This document shows, one piece after another, positions 1 through 10,321 of a DNA stretch of 64,000 bases (positions are counted from its first letter, which is position 1; each line of letters begins with the position of its first letter). Location: contig NW_013657669.1 in the NCBI RefSeq assembly GCF_000142905.1, forward strand, positions 248,001-312,000. Direction: 5' to 3'. The notes beneath the pieces were generated by a model that saw only the letters and a list, made by a program, of their open reading frames with translations, ran no database searches and was not told the DNA's origin. The position numbers and the translations under genes are program-made. The DNA comes from Thecamonas trahens ATCC 50062 (Eukaryota > Protista > Apusomonadida).

Positions 1-2149
1 CGGCGGAGCGAGCGTCGTCGATGGGCTTGGAGAGCGCCGGGTCGGCGGTGGTCAGCGGCGCGCCAATGAGCGAGTCGAGGGCCGAGTTGAGGTCCGAGGC
101 GGCAGCTAGGAGCGAGGCAAGGTCGACACCCGGAATGGGCTTGGTCGATGAGAGTGTCTGCAGGGCGACAGAGAGGTCGCCAGCAGCCTTGAGCAGCTGA
201 TCGAGTGAGGCGCCGGCGTTGCCCTTGGCCACGTCTTTGGCGGCGAGGTCGGCAGCCTGAAGGAGGGCGACGAGCGAGGCGGTGACGCCGTCGGCGAGCT
301 CGTCGAGACCGGCGTCGGCCATGGAGCGGGATGCAAGGACCGAGCGAAGGTCATCGGCAAGGGCAACAAGCTGCTCGGACGACTCGAGAAGGTCGTACTT
401 CTTAAGACGGTCGGCCGAGGTGACGCCGGCGGCGGAGACAACGTCACCCGAGACGCTTGACATCTCGGCGAGGATTGAGTCGAGCATGTCGCGGGTGGAC
501 TGAAGGTTGATGGCACGCTCGCGCGCGGTCTCGCCCATGTTCTCATCGCCGGCGTACGGCTCGACTGGGCGGTCTGCGGACTGGAGAGCCTTGACCGAGA
601 GCTTGAGCGCCTTGTCGAGCTTCCGGACCGAGACAGCGGACGAGCCGCGGGCGGCAGAGAGGCGGTTGGCACCGACAGACCCGACGCCGAGGACCGAAGA
701 CGAGTCCATGCGGTGGAAGACGCCCGAGGTGGTCTTGGTGATGGCGTGGGCGTTGGACGGCGCAATAGTCTCCTCCATAATGATGGTCTGCTGGTCGTCC
801 TCAATCTCCTTCTCACGGTCGCGGCGCTGCGAGAGAATGAGGTCGATGTACCCGGAGATGAGGGCGGCAATGGCGCGGCCCTCCTCGGTGAGAACGGTGT
901 AGTACTCCTGGTCGTGGTCACCAAAGTCAAGCGTGAGTGAGGTGTCGGACGGGGCCCAGCGGCGGAGCTGGGTGAGCGCAAACGGCTTCGAGAGCGACTT
1001 CTTCTCGATGGGGTCGAACCGGTACAGGTGCGACTTGGAGACACCGAGAATGACCGGCTGGAACTTCTTGGTCAGCTTGTTGGTCTTCTTGGAGCGGATC
1101 GGCTCCTGAACGTGATAAGTGGAGATGCCAAAGGTCTCGAGCGAGCGGATGAGCTGGACAAAGCGGAACTTGGCGGCATCGGCCTTGGTCCCGCGGATCT
1201 TGGCATGGGCGGCGAGGACCTCCTTAAACGTCTTCTTGCCCTCCTTGCGGTACTCCTCGGGGAGCCACTGGCCAAAGTCGATCTTCTTAACCGTATGCTT
1301 GCCCGGGGCGTGGTCGCCGAGCGTGACCTGGGCCGAGAGCGCGGCAAGGAGAATGGCCTCATCACGGGCAACCGGCAGGTTGCCGTTGGCAACGTCGTCC
1401 TGGTACTGGTTGAAGAGGAGCGAGAGCGTGAGCGGGTCCGAGGTATCGACCGAAGCGTCCGAGAAGAAGAACTTTTTCTTGAGCAGGACCGAGTACTCGG
1501 GCAGGACGCCGCACTGGGCAAGCGTCTGGTCGGCCGAAAGCCAGTCCTCGTCGATGCCCTTCTTGCTCACAATCTTGGTGCCCGAGAACGAGGTGTCCAG
1601 GCCGGCCTTGGCGCGGATCTTGGCCACCTCCTTCTGCCGCTTGGCCTCGGCCTCCTTCTGCTCCTCGGTGAGCGAGACCTGGAAGGCAAACTCGGCCGGG
1701 TTGGCAATGCCGTTCTTCTCGCACACCAGCGCCACGAGGTCCTTGGTCGGCGCCGACATGTCGATCATGACCGTCTTGATAGAGCCGTCCATGAGCTCGA
1801 CACGCAGCGGGCGCATCTTGGACTTGTACGTCAGCTCGTCGAGGTTGACAATGTCGTAGAAGCGGAGCGTCTGCTCGCGCTTGAGAAAGTACGAGTCCTC
1901 GAGCACGCCGCCGCCGTCGTTCCACAAAGCAAACTGCGGCGAGTCGTCCATGCGGAAGGCCTCCGCCACTTGCTTGCACACATCGTCCACATACATGGCG
2001 TTGTTGAACCGCATCGACTTGGTCCGCTCGTCAAGCTTGCCGCGCTCGTACTTCTGCAGCGTAACCTTGACCGTAACTTCCTGGCCGCCGGCCTGGGCTG
2101 GGTCAACCTCAGCAAAGAGCGACTTGTTCATGCCCTCGAGCGCCGCCAT
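1..2149 (-). CDS. TLN: Talin, N-terminal part (FERM F0-F3 head and start of the helical rod); runs off the left edge
   Basis: Absent from the ORF track because it has no stop in the window. Manual translation from the ATG at 2149 gives KMRPLRVELMDGSIKTVMID, WLSADQTL, KKKFFFSDASVDTSDP, LRRWAPSDTSLTLDFGDHDQEYYTVLTEEGRAIAALISGYIDLIL. These match the talin FERM signatures (RPLKIRMLDGTVKTIMVD, RRKFFYSDQNVDSRDP, FTLDFGDYQDGYY..IAGYIDIIL) and are followed by Ala/Leu-rich helices. Confidence 0.93.
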   Translation of the reverse strand, partial: MAALEGMNKSLFAEVDPAQAGGQEVTVKVTLQKYERGKLDERTKSMRFNNAMYVDDVCKQVAEAFRMDDSPQFALWNDGGGVLEDSYFLKREQTLRFYDIVNLDELTYKSKMRPLRVELMDGSIKTVMIDMSAPTKDLVALVCEKNGIANPAEFAFQVSLTEEQKEAEAKRQKEVAKIRAKAGLDTSFSGTKIVSKKGIDEDWLSADQTLAQCGVLPEYSVLLKKKFFFSDASVDTSDPLTLSLLFNQYQDDVANGNLPVARDEAILLAALSAQVTLGDHAPGKHTVKKIDFGQWLPEEYRKEGKKTFKEVLAAHAKIRGTKADAAKFRFVQLIRSLETFGISTYHVQEPIRSKKTNKLTKKFQPVILGVSKSHLYRFDPIEKKSLSKPFALTQLRRWAPSDTSLTLDFGDHDQEYYTVLTEEGRAIAALISGYIDLILSQRRDREKEIEDDQQTIIMEETIAPSNAHAITKTTSGVFHRMDSSSVLGVGSVGANRLSAARGSSAVSVRKLDKALKLSVKALQSADRPVEPYAGDENMGETARERAINLQSTRDMLDSILAEMSSVSGDVVSAAGVTSADRLKKYDLLESSEQLVALADDLRSVLASRSMADAGLDELADGVTASLVALLQAADLAAKDVAKGNAGASLDQLLKAAGDLSVALQTLSSTKPIPGVDLASLLAAASDLNSALDSLIGAPLTTADPALSKPIDDARSA

Positions 2150-2410
2150 GATGACTGTTTAACCAAGTGCAAGGGTGCGAGGAGAGGGTGAAACAGGCGG
2201 TGAGGTGTGGGCTTGGTCGAAGAGTCTGCCTTCCTTGGCCGCCGTCGCCAAGGGGTGGCCGAGGCGGTCGCATGCGCACGAATTCCTGCTTAGTTTTGGT
2301 TTCGGGGGAAACTGGGGAGGAAGGGGGGGGGGGGGGGGGAGGGGAGGAAGGGAGGAAGGGAAGGGAGGTTTCCGTGTGCGGGCCGTGGGCCGTGCACAAG
2401 AGAAGTGCCC

Positions 2411-2453
2411 GTGTGTGTGTGTGTGTCCGTGCGTGCGTGTGTGCGTGTGTGTG
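2411..2453. repeat. (GT)n/(GTGC)n microsatellite flanking an assembly gap
   Basis: Read directly from the sequence. Confidence 0.9.
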
Positions 2454-2583
2454 NNNNNNNNNNNNNNNNNNNNNNNNNNNNNNNNNNNNNNNNNNNNNNN
2501 NNNNNNNNNNNNNNNNNNNNNNNNNNNNNNNNNNNNNNNNNNNNNNNNNNNNNNNNNNNNNNNNNNNNNNNNNNNNNNNNNNN
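2454..2583. other. Assembly gap (N run)
   Basis: Run of N. Confidence 1.
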
Positions 2584-2719
2584 GGGGGGGGGGGGGAGGA
2601 AGAAGGAGAGGGAGGTGGGGAGGAAGGGGGAGGTGGGAGCGACAAGGAGGAGGAGCGGGGGGGAGGGAGGAGGGAGGGGAAAGGGAGGGGATGTGCGTAT
2701 TGGACAGCGCGCCATGTAT

Positions 2720-2749
2720 GGGGCTGGGGCTGGGGCTGGGGCTGGGGCT
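2720..2749. repeat. (GGGGCT)n hexamer tandem repeat in the talin/meckelin intergenic region
   Basis: Read directly from the sequence. Confidence 0.85.
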
Positions 2750-2843
2750 GTTGGAGTGCGTGTTCAAAGCTTGTTTGGGCCATAGTTTTGCTTTCATTCG
2801 ACGGTTGCAAAGGGCCGAGGTGGCCAGCAAAAGGTGGTTCGGC

Positions 2844-2878
2844 TTTGGCGCCAAAAAGCGACTACCTTTTGGCGCGAA
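2844..2878. promoter_or_regulatory. Two E2F-consensus-like sites (palindromic TTTGGCGCCAAA; TTTTGGCGCGAA) upstream of meckelin
   Basis: Match to the E2F consensus TTTSSCGC, about 120-155 bp upstream of the ATG at 2999, in a divergent promoter. Confidence 0.4.
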
Positions 2879-2998
2879 CAGGGCAAATCGGGCAGCGATG
2901 TGGGCTGTGCGGACGACGGCGGCGGTACCGACCCTGCCCGCACCGGCGAACGCACCGCTCTCACTCTGTCTCCACGGAAGTGCATGGGTGACAGAATC

Positions 2999-5900
2999 AT
3001 GCGAGTTGCGGTGGTGAGCCTGTTGGTGTGTCTACTGGCGCTGGGCGGAGTGGCGAGCGCAGGCTTTGCCGGCGTGAGCGGCGGGAGCAGCTGCGCAGCC
3101 GGCGAGGCCTTCTTCCCATCGGCGCTCAGCTGCGGAAGTTGCGAGGTGCCCGGGAGCGTGCCTGCCGCTGATGGTCTCGGGTGCGTGTGCCCGACAGGCT
3201 GGCTGAACGTGAAAGACCCGACGACGCTTGCGCTCACCGAGTGCACCATGTGCGCTGTCGGAAGCAGCTCAGTGAGGGACGGGAGCGCGTGTCTGCTGTG
3301 TGGGACGGGCAACACGACGGCAACGGCGTCTGCCGGTACGTTTGCGACCTACGACGCGGCGAGCGGAAGGTGTGTGTGCCCAACGGGCGCGGTGCTTGTA
3401 GAGACGCATCCGGTGACCGGCGCGGCGCTGAGCACGATGGAGTGCGTGATGTGCGAGGCCGGGTCGTTTGTTGACTTTACCAACTCGCCGTACGAGTGTG
3501 TGCCGTGCCCACAAGAGGGGGCGGTCCGGTCTGCGGCGAGTGGGGAGTGCGAGTGCGCCGGGCCAGTGTTTGTGGCTGGGCCAGACGGCTCGGGCTGCTT
3601 GCCGGCGACGGCGTACGCCGAGCTGTCAACCGTGTACCCTGCAGCACAGGCTGCGCGGATCACGTACTCGGAGATCGGCAACCGGGACGGCGACATTGGG
3701 GCACCCGTCTCGCTCTCGTCGTGGCTGATGGGCAAGTACTTTCCGGCGGCGGCGTCGTGGTGCACACTTCGCGGCGACGCGGCGTCGTGCCAGACGTTGG
3801 GCAACCTGTGTGTGCTCACCAACTACGACGAGGACTCGGCGGCGTGCCGGGTCTTCAACAGTGTGGCCAACCAGCGGACCGGCAACGTCAACGGATACGA
3901 CGAGTGGAAGGTGAACATGCCGTGGCTCGAGTACGGCTCGGCCTTTGCCGAGCTCCGGTCATTTGCGGTGAGTGCGCGGTTCACCTTTTCGCAGGACGAG
4001 GAGAATGCCGGGACAGCCATCTACAACATGCGGTACGTCCTTGCCGGCTACTCGATCAACGGCACGCTTGTATCTGTCCGCGACGTGAGCGACCAGCTGC
4101 AGCTCTGTCAGGAGCGGCGGTCGATTGCATCGCGGTGGCGGCGGTTCGGGACGAATCTGTATCAGGAGTGTGTCCTCTACCTGCACCCTATGCAGGCCGA
4201 GGCTGCGGGCGCTGCTGCCGAGTCGCAGCTTGTATTCTACGACATGTATCTTGTCGACGCCGACGGAAGCTTTGTGCCGGTTCCGGTCCGGCTGGCGAAC
4301 CTTAAGCGATCTGGGCAGTACGTCAACGTCGACTCGTCCGAGTTTAACGACGTCCTCACCCGCCGGTTCTACCTCACCGACGTGGTGAGTGGAAAGCGGT
4401 CTGCCGATGGGACGCCCGACGTTGTCCGGGTGGCGCAGAGCCTGCGGATCATGGTGACGCTGCAGGAAGTCGGGCAGGGCCGGATCCGACCGCCGCTCAT
4501 TGACCTCTCCATCACTGAGCGGCTGGGCTCGACGCTCAGCGTGGCCGCGCCGGAAGACCAGTTCGACGAGGCCGACGGGCGGCCGAAGGTGAGGTTTGAG
4601 TCGGTCTACACCATGGACCTCACCGACTTTTGGCGGTCGGTCTCGATCGGGTTTGGCGTCATGCTCTTTGTGGCGGTCCTCTTCTGGCTCGTCCGGCTGT
4701 ACGCGTGGATCCAGCGGAATCAGAGCGCGGTGGGGACCGAGTTCCTCGGCCCGATGTGCGCTTACCTGTTCAGCTCGCTCGGCTTTGTGCTCTTTTGGTT
4801 TGTGTATGCGCTCGCGTTGTACTGGCTCATCTTTTTCAAGTGGCAGGCAACCGTTCACGTCCTCCTCCCGACCTCGTCGGCTCACACCGAGATGGTGGCC
4901 GTGCTGGCAACTGCGTTTGCCTGCCAGGCGCTCGCCGTCCTGTACCAAACGTACAAGCAGAGCTCGGTCGACATCTTTCTCATGGACTGGGAGCGGCCCA
5001 AGGGCCAGGTTGTGCCCAAAGACGGCGACATCCGCAACGCCAAGCCGGCGTCGATCTCCATCTGGCGCACCTTTTTCATTGCCAACGAGTGGCACGAACT
5101 GCAGACACTGCGCCGCATCTCGCTCGAGGGCACGCTCTTTGCGCTCCTCTTCCTCCTCCGTGGGCTCAACCTCGAGTACCTCGCCACGCCGCAGCCTGCG
5201 TTCACCGACCTCACGCCGATGGCGCCCAACGTAATCCTCCGGTTTGCGGTGACAGCCTCGCTCTGGCTCCTTCTGGGTGGAGCGCAGATCGCGTTCAAGT
5301 TCCTCATCCTCGACCGGTTCTTCGACAACCCAATGGTCGACTTTGTCGACCTGCTCTCGCTCTCCAACATCTCGGTCTTTGTCCTCTACGAACGGTACGC
5401 CGGCTTTTATCTCCACGGTCGGTCCATCTACCAGCACACCGATGTCTCGATGCAGGAGATGAACAAGAACTTGCGCGAGGAGATGGAGGGTATGGCACCG
5501 CCGCGTGGGCTCGGCGAGAACTCCGAGTGCCAGACCTTTGAGATCTTTGTCACCCATCCGTTCCGCGACGCCTTTGACGAGTGCTACGGCGACGTGACCA
5601 ACAACTTTTCGCTCATTCCGTGCGCAAAGTCGGCTCCAAGCTCACGGCAGGGCTCGCGGCGGCAGGCTCGGATGGTGGCAGGTGGTGGCTCGCGTCTTGG
5701 CGAGGCCGCCGCCGCGCCCAGCTCTGCCGCTCGCGTCTCTGGCCCTTCTGCCGCCACGCTCGCTGCCTACGCCCGAGTCAACACCTTCCTCACCCAGTTT
5801 ATCGACCGCCACGGTGCATCACCCGGTGCCGACGAGGGCTATCGCATCGAGTCGCGCCCTGCGCTCTCGCAACTCTTGCACATCCCGCCGGACATGGGCC

Positions 5901-6148
5901 ACGGCGCGTGCGTGCTCAACCCGGCAGGCATCACCAAGTTTACCAACGTCACCTTTTACGGTCTCGAGTTCTCACTCCTCCTCCTCAACATCATGGTCTA
6001 CGCCATCACCGACGTCATCTTCAACAACGCCTTTATCTCGGCCCTGGTCACCTGGCTCGTCGAGGCCGGCCTTGGCGTTCTCCGTCGCTGGATGGGCGCC
6101 AAGAACCTGACCCAGAAGACGCTGGTTGATGAGCGGTTCCTCATCTAA
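2999..6148 (+). CDS. TMEM67: Meckelin (TMEM67/MKS3), ciliary transition-zone protein
   Basis: Signal peptide MRVAVVSLLVCLLALGG and Cys-rich repeats. Motifs CQTLGNLCVL, LTRRFYLTD, DIFLMDWERPK, SIWRTFFIANEWHELQT, FVDLLSLSNISVF, GFYLHGRS and C-terminal NLTQKTLVDERFLI are meckelin hallmarks. Start moved to the ATG at 2999. Confidence 0.96.
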   Translation: MRVAVVSLLVCLLALGGVASAGFAGVSGGSSCAAGEAFFPSALSCGSCEVPGSVPAADGLGCVCPTGWLNVKDPTTLALTECTMCAVGSSSVRDGSACLLCGTGNTTATASAGTFATYDAASGRCVCPTGAVLVETHPVTGAALSTMECVMCEAGSFVDFTNSPYECVPCPQEGAVRSAASGECECAGPVFVAGPDGSGCLPATAYAELSTVYPAAQAARITYSEIGNRDGDIGAPVSLSSWLMGKYFPAAASWCTLRGDAASCQTLGNLCVLTNYDEDSAACRVFNSVANQRTGNVNGYDEWKVNMPWLEYGSAFAELRSFAVSARFTFSQDEENAGTAIYNMRYVLAGYSINGTLVSVRDVSDQLQLCQERRSIASRWRRFGTNLYQECVLYLHPMQAEAAGAAAESQLVFYDMYLVDADGSFVPVPVRLANLKRSGQYVNVDSSEFNDVLTRRFYLTDVVSGKRSADGTPDVVRVAQSLRIMVTLQEVGQGRIRPPLIDLSITERLGSTLSVAAPEDQFDEADGRPKVRFESVYTMDLTDFWRSVSIGFGVMLFVAVLFWLVRLYAWIQRNQSAVGTEFLGPMCAYLFSSLGFVLFWFVYALALYWLIFFKWQATVHVLLPTSSAHTEMVAVLATAFACQALAVLYQTYKQSSVDIFLMDWERPKGQVVPKDGDIRNAKPASISIWRTFFIANEWHELQTLRRISLEGTLFALLFLLRGLNLEYLATPQPAFTDLTPMAPNVILRFAVTASLWLLLGGAQIAFKFLILDRFFDNPMVDFVDLLSLSNISVFVLYERYAGFYLHGRSIYQHTDVSMQEMNKNLREEMEGMAPPRGLGENSECQTFEIFVTHPFRDAFDECYGDVTNNFSLIPCAKSAPSSRQGSRRQARMVAGGGSRLGEAAAAPSSAARVSGPSAATLAAYARVNTFLTQFIDRHGASPGADEGYRIESRPALSQLLHIPPDMGHGACVLNPAGITKFTNVTFYGLEFSLLLLNIMVYAITDVIFNNAFISALVTWLVEAGLGVLRRWMGAKNLTQKTLVDERFLI

Positions 6149-6324
6149 GCCCTTGGCAACACAGCAGGCATGGCGCATGCACTCGGTAAAGCCTTTGATC
6201 AGCATGGCGAGCACCTCGCCTGTCTTCCGCACCAGTTTGGACGACGCCGCACTTGACTCGCGACACGGCTTGAGCTGCACTACGAGGTGGCCCGCACCAG
6301 CACGACCTCGGTCCCACAGCAGCC

Positions 6325-7492
6325 ATGTCATCGGAACGAGCACTGTTGATGGCCATCGGTAGCGAGGACAATGGCTCTGGTTCAGACTCGCAAGGTTGGG
6401 CCGACCAAGCAGGGATGGAGGTGGCCGTCGGCAGTGGGTGGTCGACCGCTGCGGGCATGGACGGCATGGAAGCCGCCGTCTCTGACGAGGTCTTTGACCA
6501 TCACCACCGAGGGAGCGGATACGGCTACGATGGCGACCACAGCAGCGACTGCGACAACGGCGAGAGCAGGTACGACCGTCAGCCGCAAAGCAGTCGGTAT
6601 GCAGACGAGAGGAGCGCAAGACCTCTCCGCCCGTCGCTTCTGTCGCCGTCGCCGTCGCCGGCCAACTCGGCCTCGCCCGTCGTGGGCGTCCTCATGTCCC
6701 GCCACGCAGAGCCGCCCGAGTTGTTCACTCCGCCAGGCACAGAAGATGTACGTCAAGGGTGGTGGGTGATTGGGTGAGTGGGTGGGGTCCGGGTATGGGC
6801 TGTGGAAGGCGCCACTCACAGCGGCAGTGCGGGGAACGTCCCGTGTACAGTTTGCCGATGAAGGGTATCGGTCTGACTCGCCTGATGACAACTTTGATGC
6901 TGCACTCTACACACCGCACAAGCTACATGCGCGGGCGACGGCGCCATCGGCACGGTTAGCGGTGGCGACAGTGGCGACGGTAGCGGTGACGCTTGCGGCA
7001 GTGCTCGCGGTCCTTGCGGTCTCGCGGCATGAGCAGCCTGGTGGGTTCCTGCTCCCTATTCTCGGCTCGCTGGCCGTGGTTGTCACCGGCTATGCAATGT
7101 ATGCGCGTTCATGGGCTCACTCGCTGGTCTCGGTCTCGGCCGAGGCTGCGCTAGGTACGCTCCGCGTGGCATACCGCGCCAAGCACTCGGAGACGTACTC
7201 GCTCGGCGACATCGGGACGCCGTACTGGGAGCTTCATCACCCGTCCATCCTCCGCTGGCTGTGGTGCGGTGCACGGGTGCCGCGGCCGACGCTCTGCATC
7301 CCGCTGCGTGGTGACACTGCGCCGCTCCGCATCCAGCCGTACACGCCACCCCGGGCAGTCATCGACACGGCGCTTTGTGACATTCTCCGCTACTACCGAC
7401 AGACGCTCCAGCCGACGGAGATTGTCAGCTTGCGGCTGCCGCTGATGCCATGTGCGGCACGGCCGGCTGCGCCGCGACCAGACTTTCCATAA
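6325..7492 (+). CDS. Hypothetical membrane protein, 2 exons: join(6325..6747,6851..7492)
   Basis: A phase-0 intron at 6748..6850 (GTACGT...CTCAC...TACAG) joins two ORFs in frame. Disordered N-terminus, two hydrophobic helices and a small C-terminal domain. Confidence 0.6.
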
Positions 7493-7515
7493 CACGCGAC
7501 GAGTCTCGTCTTTCT

Positions 7516-9569
7516 TTACAGCGACTTGACAGCGCCGATGACATCAGCAAGGATGTCCTCGGTCTCCTCGATGCCGACCGAGAAGCGGAGGAGGCCGTCG
7601 TTGACGCCGCGGGCCTCGCGGATCTCCTTGGGGATGGAGCCATGGGTCATGGACGCCGGGTGGCAGAGGAGCGACTCGACACCACCGAGCGACTCGGCGA
7701 TGGAGAAGACCTTGAGGGCCTTGGCCACCTTGACGGCCTCGGCCTTAGAGCCGAGGCGGAGCGAGACCATGCCGCCGAAGCGACGCATCTGCTTGGCAGC
7801 AACTTCATGGCCCGGGTGCGAGGCAAGGCCCGGGTAGACAACAGCGTCGGCGCCGAGCTCGTCGACGAGCGCGTTGGCCAGCGCCTCGGCATTGTCGCAG
7901 TGCTTCTCCATGCGGACAGAGAGCGTCTTGAGCCCGCGCTGGACAAGCCACGAGTCAAACGGCGAAGCCTGCGGACCAGCCGCGTTCTGGTAGAAACGCG
8001 GGCCCTTGTCGGCGTGGGTGCCGAGAACCTCGGGCGTCTTGCCGACCAGCGCGCCGCCGACCACGTCCGAGTGGCCGCCGAGGTACTTTGTCGATGAATA
8101 GACGACCATGTCGGCGCCGAGGGCAAGCGGCGACTGCAGGACGGGCGTGGCAAAAGTGTTGTCGACCGCCAGCATGGCGCCCGGCGCAATGGCATCACGC
8201 GCCGCAGCCACAGCAGCAATGTCGACGACGTCCAGCATCGGGTTCGTCGGCGTCTCGGCCCACACCAGCTTGAGCGAGTCGCCGGCCTCCTCCATGGCGG
8301 CCTTGTACGCTTCGGTCGTACCGTCGGCGGTGAACAGGACGTTGAGGCCCCACTCGGCAAAAATCGTGGTCAGCAGCCGGTACGTGCCGCCGTACAGATC
8401 GTGACCGGCAACAACCGTGTCACCCGGCCGCAGCGAGTGCAGGACCGCCGTCGTCGCCCCGAGGCCCGACGCAAACACGCCGGCGTCTGCGCCACCATCC
8501 AGTGCCGCCAAGCACGTCTCCAAGTTGTTCTTGGTCGGGTTCGACGTCCGCGAGTACTCATGCGAGATCGGCTCGCCCGGCGACGGCTGCGTAAACGTCG
8601 ACGTCATGTGCAGCGGTGGAATCGTGGCCCCGGTCTCCTTGTCCGGTGCCTGGCCGGCATGGATCCCGATCGTGCCCTTGCCCCACGACGGCATAAAGTG
8701 CGACTTGGCGTACGTCTCATCGTCCGAGCTGCTCGCCCGCGACGCAGCAGCGCCGCTGAGCGTCCGTCCCACAGGCCGAGCCACTATCGAGCATTCTCAA
8801 GCCCTCTGGGGAGTGAGTGGAAGGGGGTGTGGGGGGTGGGGGGGGGTGGGGGAGGGGAGTGGCCATGGCAATGTTGAGTCCAGCTCGGCAAGGTCGATTG
8901 AGCAGAGGTAGCCAGCGGGTGGGTTGGGCATGGGCTAGGGGCAGAAGGGGGGGGGGGGGGGGGAGGGAGGGGAGGGGGACGTAGTGGTGACGTACNNNNN
9001 NNNNNNNNNNNNNNNNNNNNNNNNNNNNNNNNNNNNNNNNNNNNNNNNNNNNNNNNNNNNNNNNNNNNNNNNNNNNNNNNNNNNNNNNNNNNNNNATTGC
9101 TACAATGGAAGACGTGCTTACGCCAGAGCTGGCTCGAGAAGGCGCAGACTTTGACATCGAGTCGTGGGATGAGGTACTCGGCGAGACGTCGTTATCGAGT
9201 CGGACGCTGCGTCCAAGGAGCTTTTGACTGCCGCCGGCGATGCCGACGCCCGCCCAGCGAGGCTGCGGCCGTGTGACGCGCCGCCGGCGGATTGGGATAT
9301 GAGTCCGTCGCTACCACAACGCGAGCCGGAGAGGCAATCCGTCATTGTTTGCGGCGGGACGGGATCGCCAATGCCGGCGCGCGTCGTCCACAGCGCCCCC
9401 GATGCTCAGCGTGAGCTTCCGTACACACGCTCGGGCTCGTCAAATGAGTCGCGGTCTTTGTGGTCTGGAGATGACCAGACTCAAATTGTCGCTGGGGGAG
9501 GGAGGAGGGGAGGGGGACTAGTGGTGACGTACGGGTGTGTGCAGCAGTCCGAGTTGCAAAGGTGAACAT
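7516..9569 (-). CDS. CTH: Cystathionine gamma-lyase/synthase (Cys/Met metabolism PLP family); probable exons 9533..9569 and 7516..8783; alternative internal start at 8694
   Basis: Motifs YSRTSNPT, FASGLGA, DLYGGTYR, WAETPTNP, VDNTFATP, PLP-lysine SSTKYLGGHSD, AESLGGVESL, LLRFSVGIE. A phase-1 donor (C|GTACGT at 9532) and acceptor (TAG|TG at 8784) give MFTFATRTAAHTLARPVGRTL... Confidence 0.93.
8996..9095. other. Assembly gap (100 N, size probably unknown)
   Basis: Run of N. Confidence 1.
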
Positions 9570-10321
9570 GGTAAAGTGTGCTGACCTACCGCTATTGCTT
9601 GCGGGTGTGGAGGTTGTCGTCAGTGGTCGCTGCGAGTCTGCGAGTTGAGCACGTCATGGCAACGCAGGCGACATATGGGAGTGAGAAAAGTACGGCGCCA
9701 GTGGAACTTCAGCTACGTGCAACAAATTTTAGCCACGTGTGTATTCATTTAGGATTGATGCCCGGTCGGCTGACTTACATCGGTCCCCTCCCGTTTCCTC
9801 CTTTTCCTCCCCCCGCCCCGTTCCTCCCCCCCCCCCCCCCTCTCCCACACAAACAGCCGCCCAGCACAAAGCATCAACCTCTCCCTACTCTCTCTACATT
9901 CATTGTGCTACATCCCGTACGCTGCCCAGAGAGTCGCCCCCACGTGCACGCCTCACACATGCGCAGCAGTCGGTCAGCAGGCCGCACACCTGTGTGACTT
10001 TCCGCGTGAACGCTGCCACCCTTCCCCCGACCCGCCCTTCGCTCCTGCATGCCGCGATGAGGCAGTGCGCACCTCGCACCACTCCCAAACAGCAGCATAG
10101 TCCATTTGTGAGACAAACGGCTTAATGATTGTGGCGCTAGCTGCCGTCATGTATGGCAGTGGTCCCAGACTGACCCGTGTCCCACACTGACCCGGCCATC
10201 CCAGCTTTGGGCGGCGTTAAAAACCGCAGCCGCTTTTCCTGCCAGACGGCTTCACGGCCAGCTCTTGCTACACCATCACATCTTTCCTTGCTCACCTCAC
10301 TGGCCGTCTCTCAAACACATC

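Noticed and set aside
106-2191. ORF-track entries such as 1028..2191(+) and 106..1044(-), and the many similar overlapping ORFs across the window
   Set aside because: They are shadow or antisense ORFs of GC3-rich real genes (here talin) with no family motifs.
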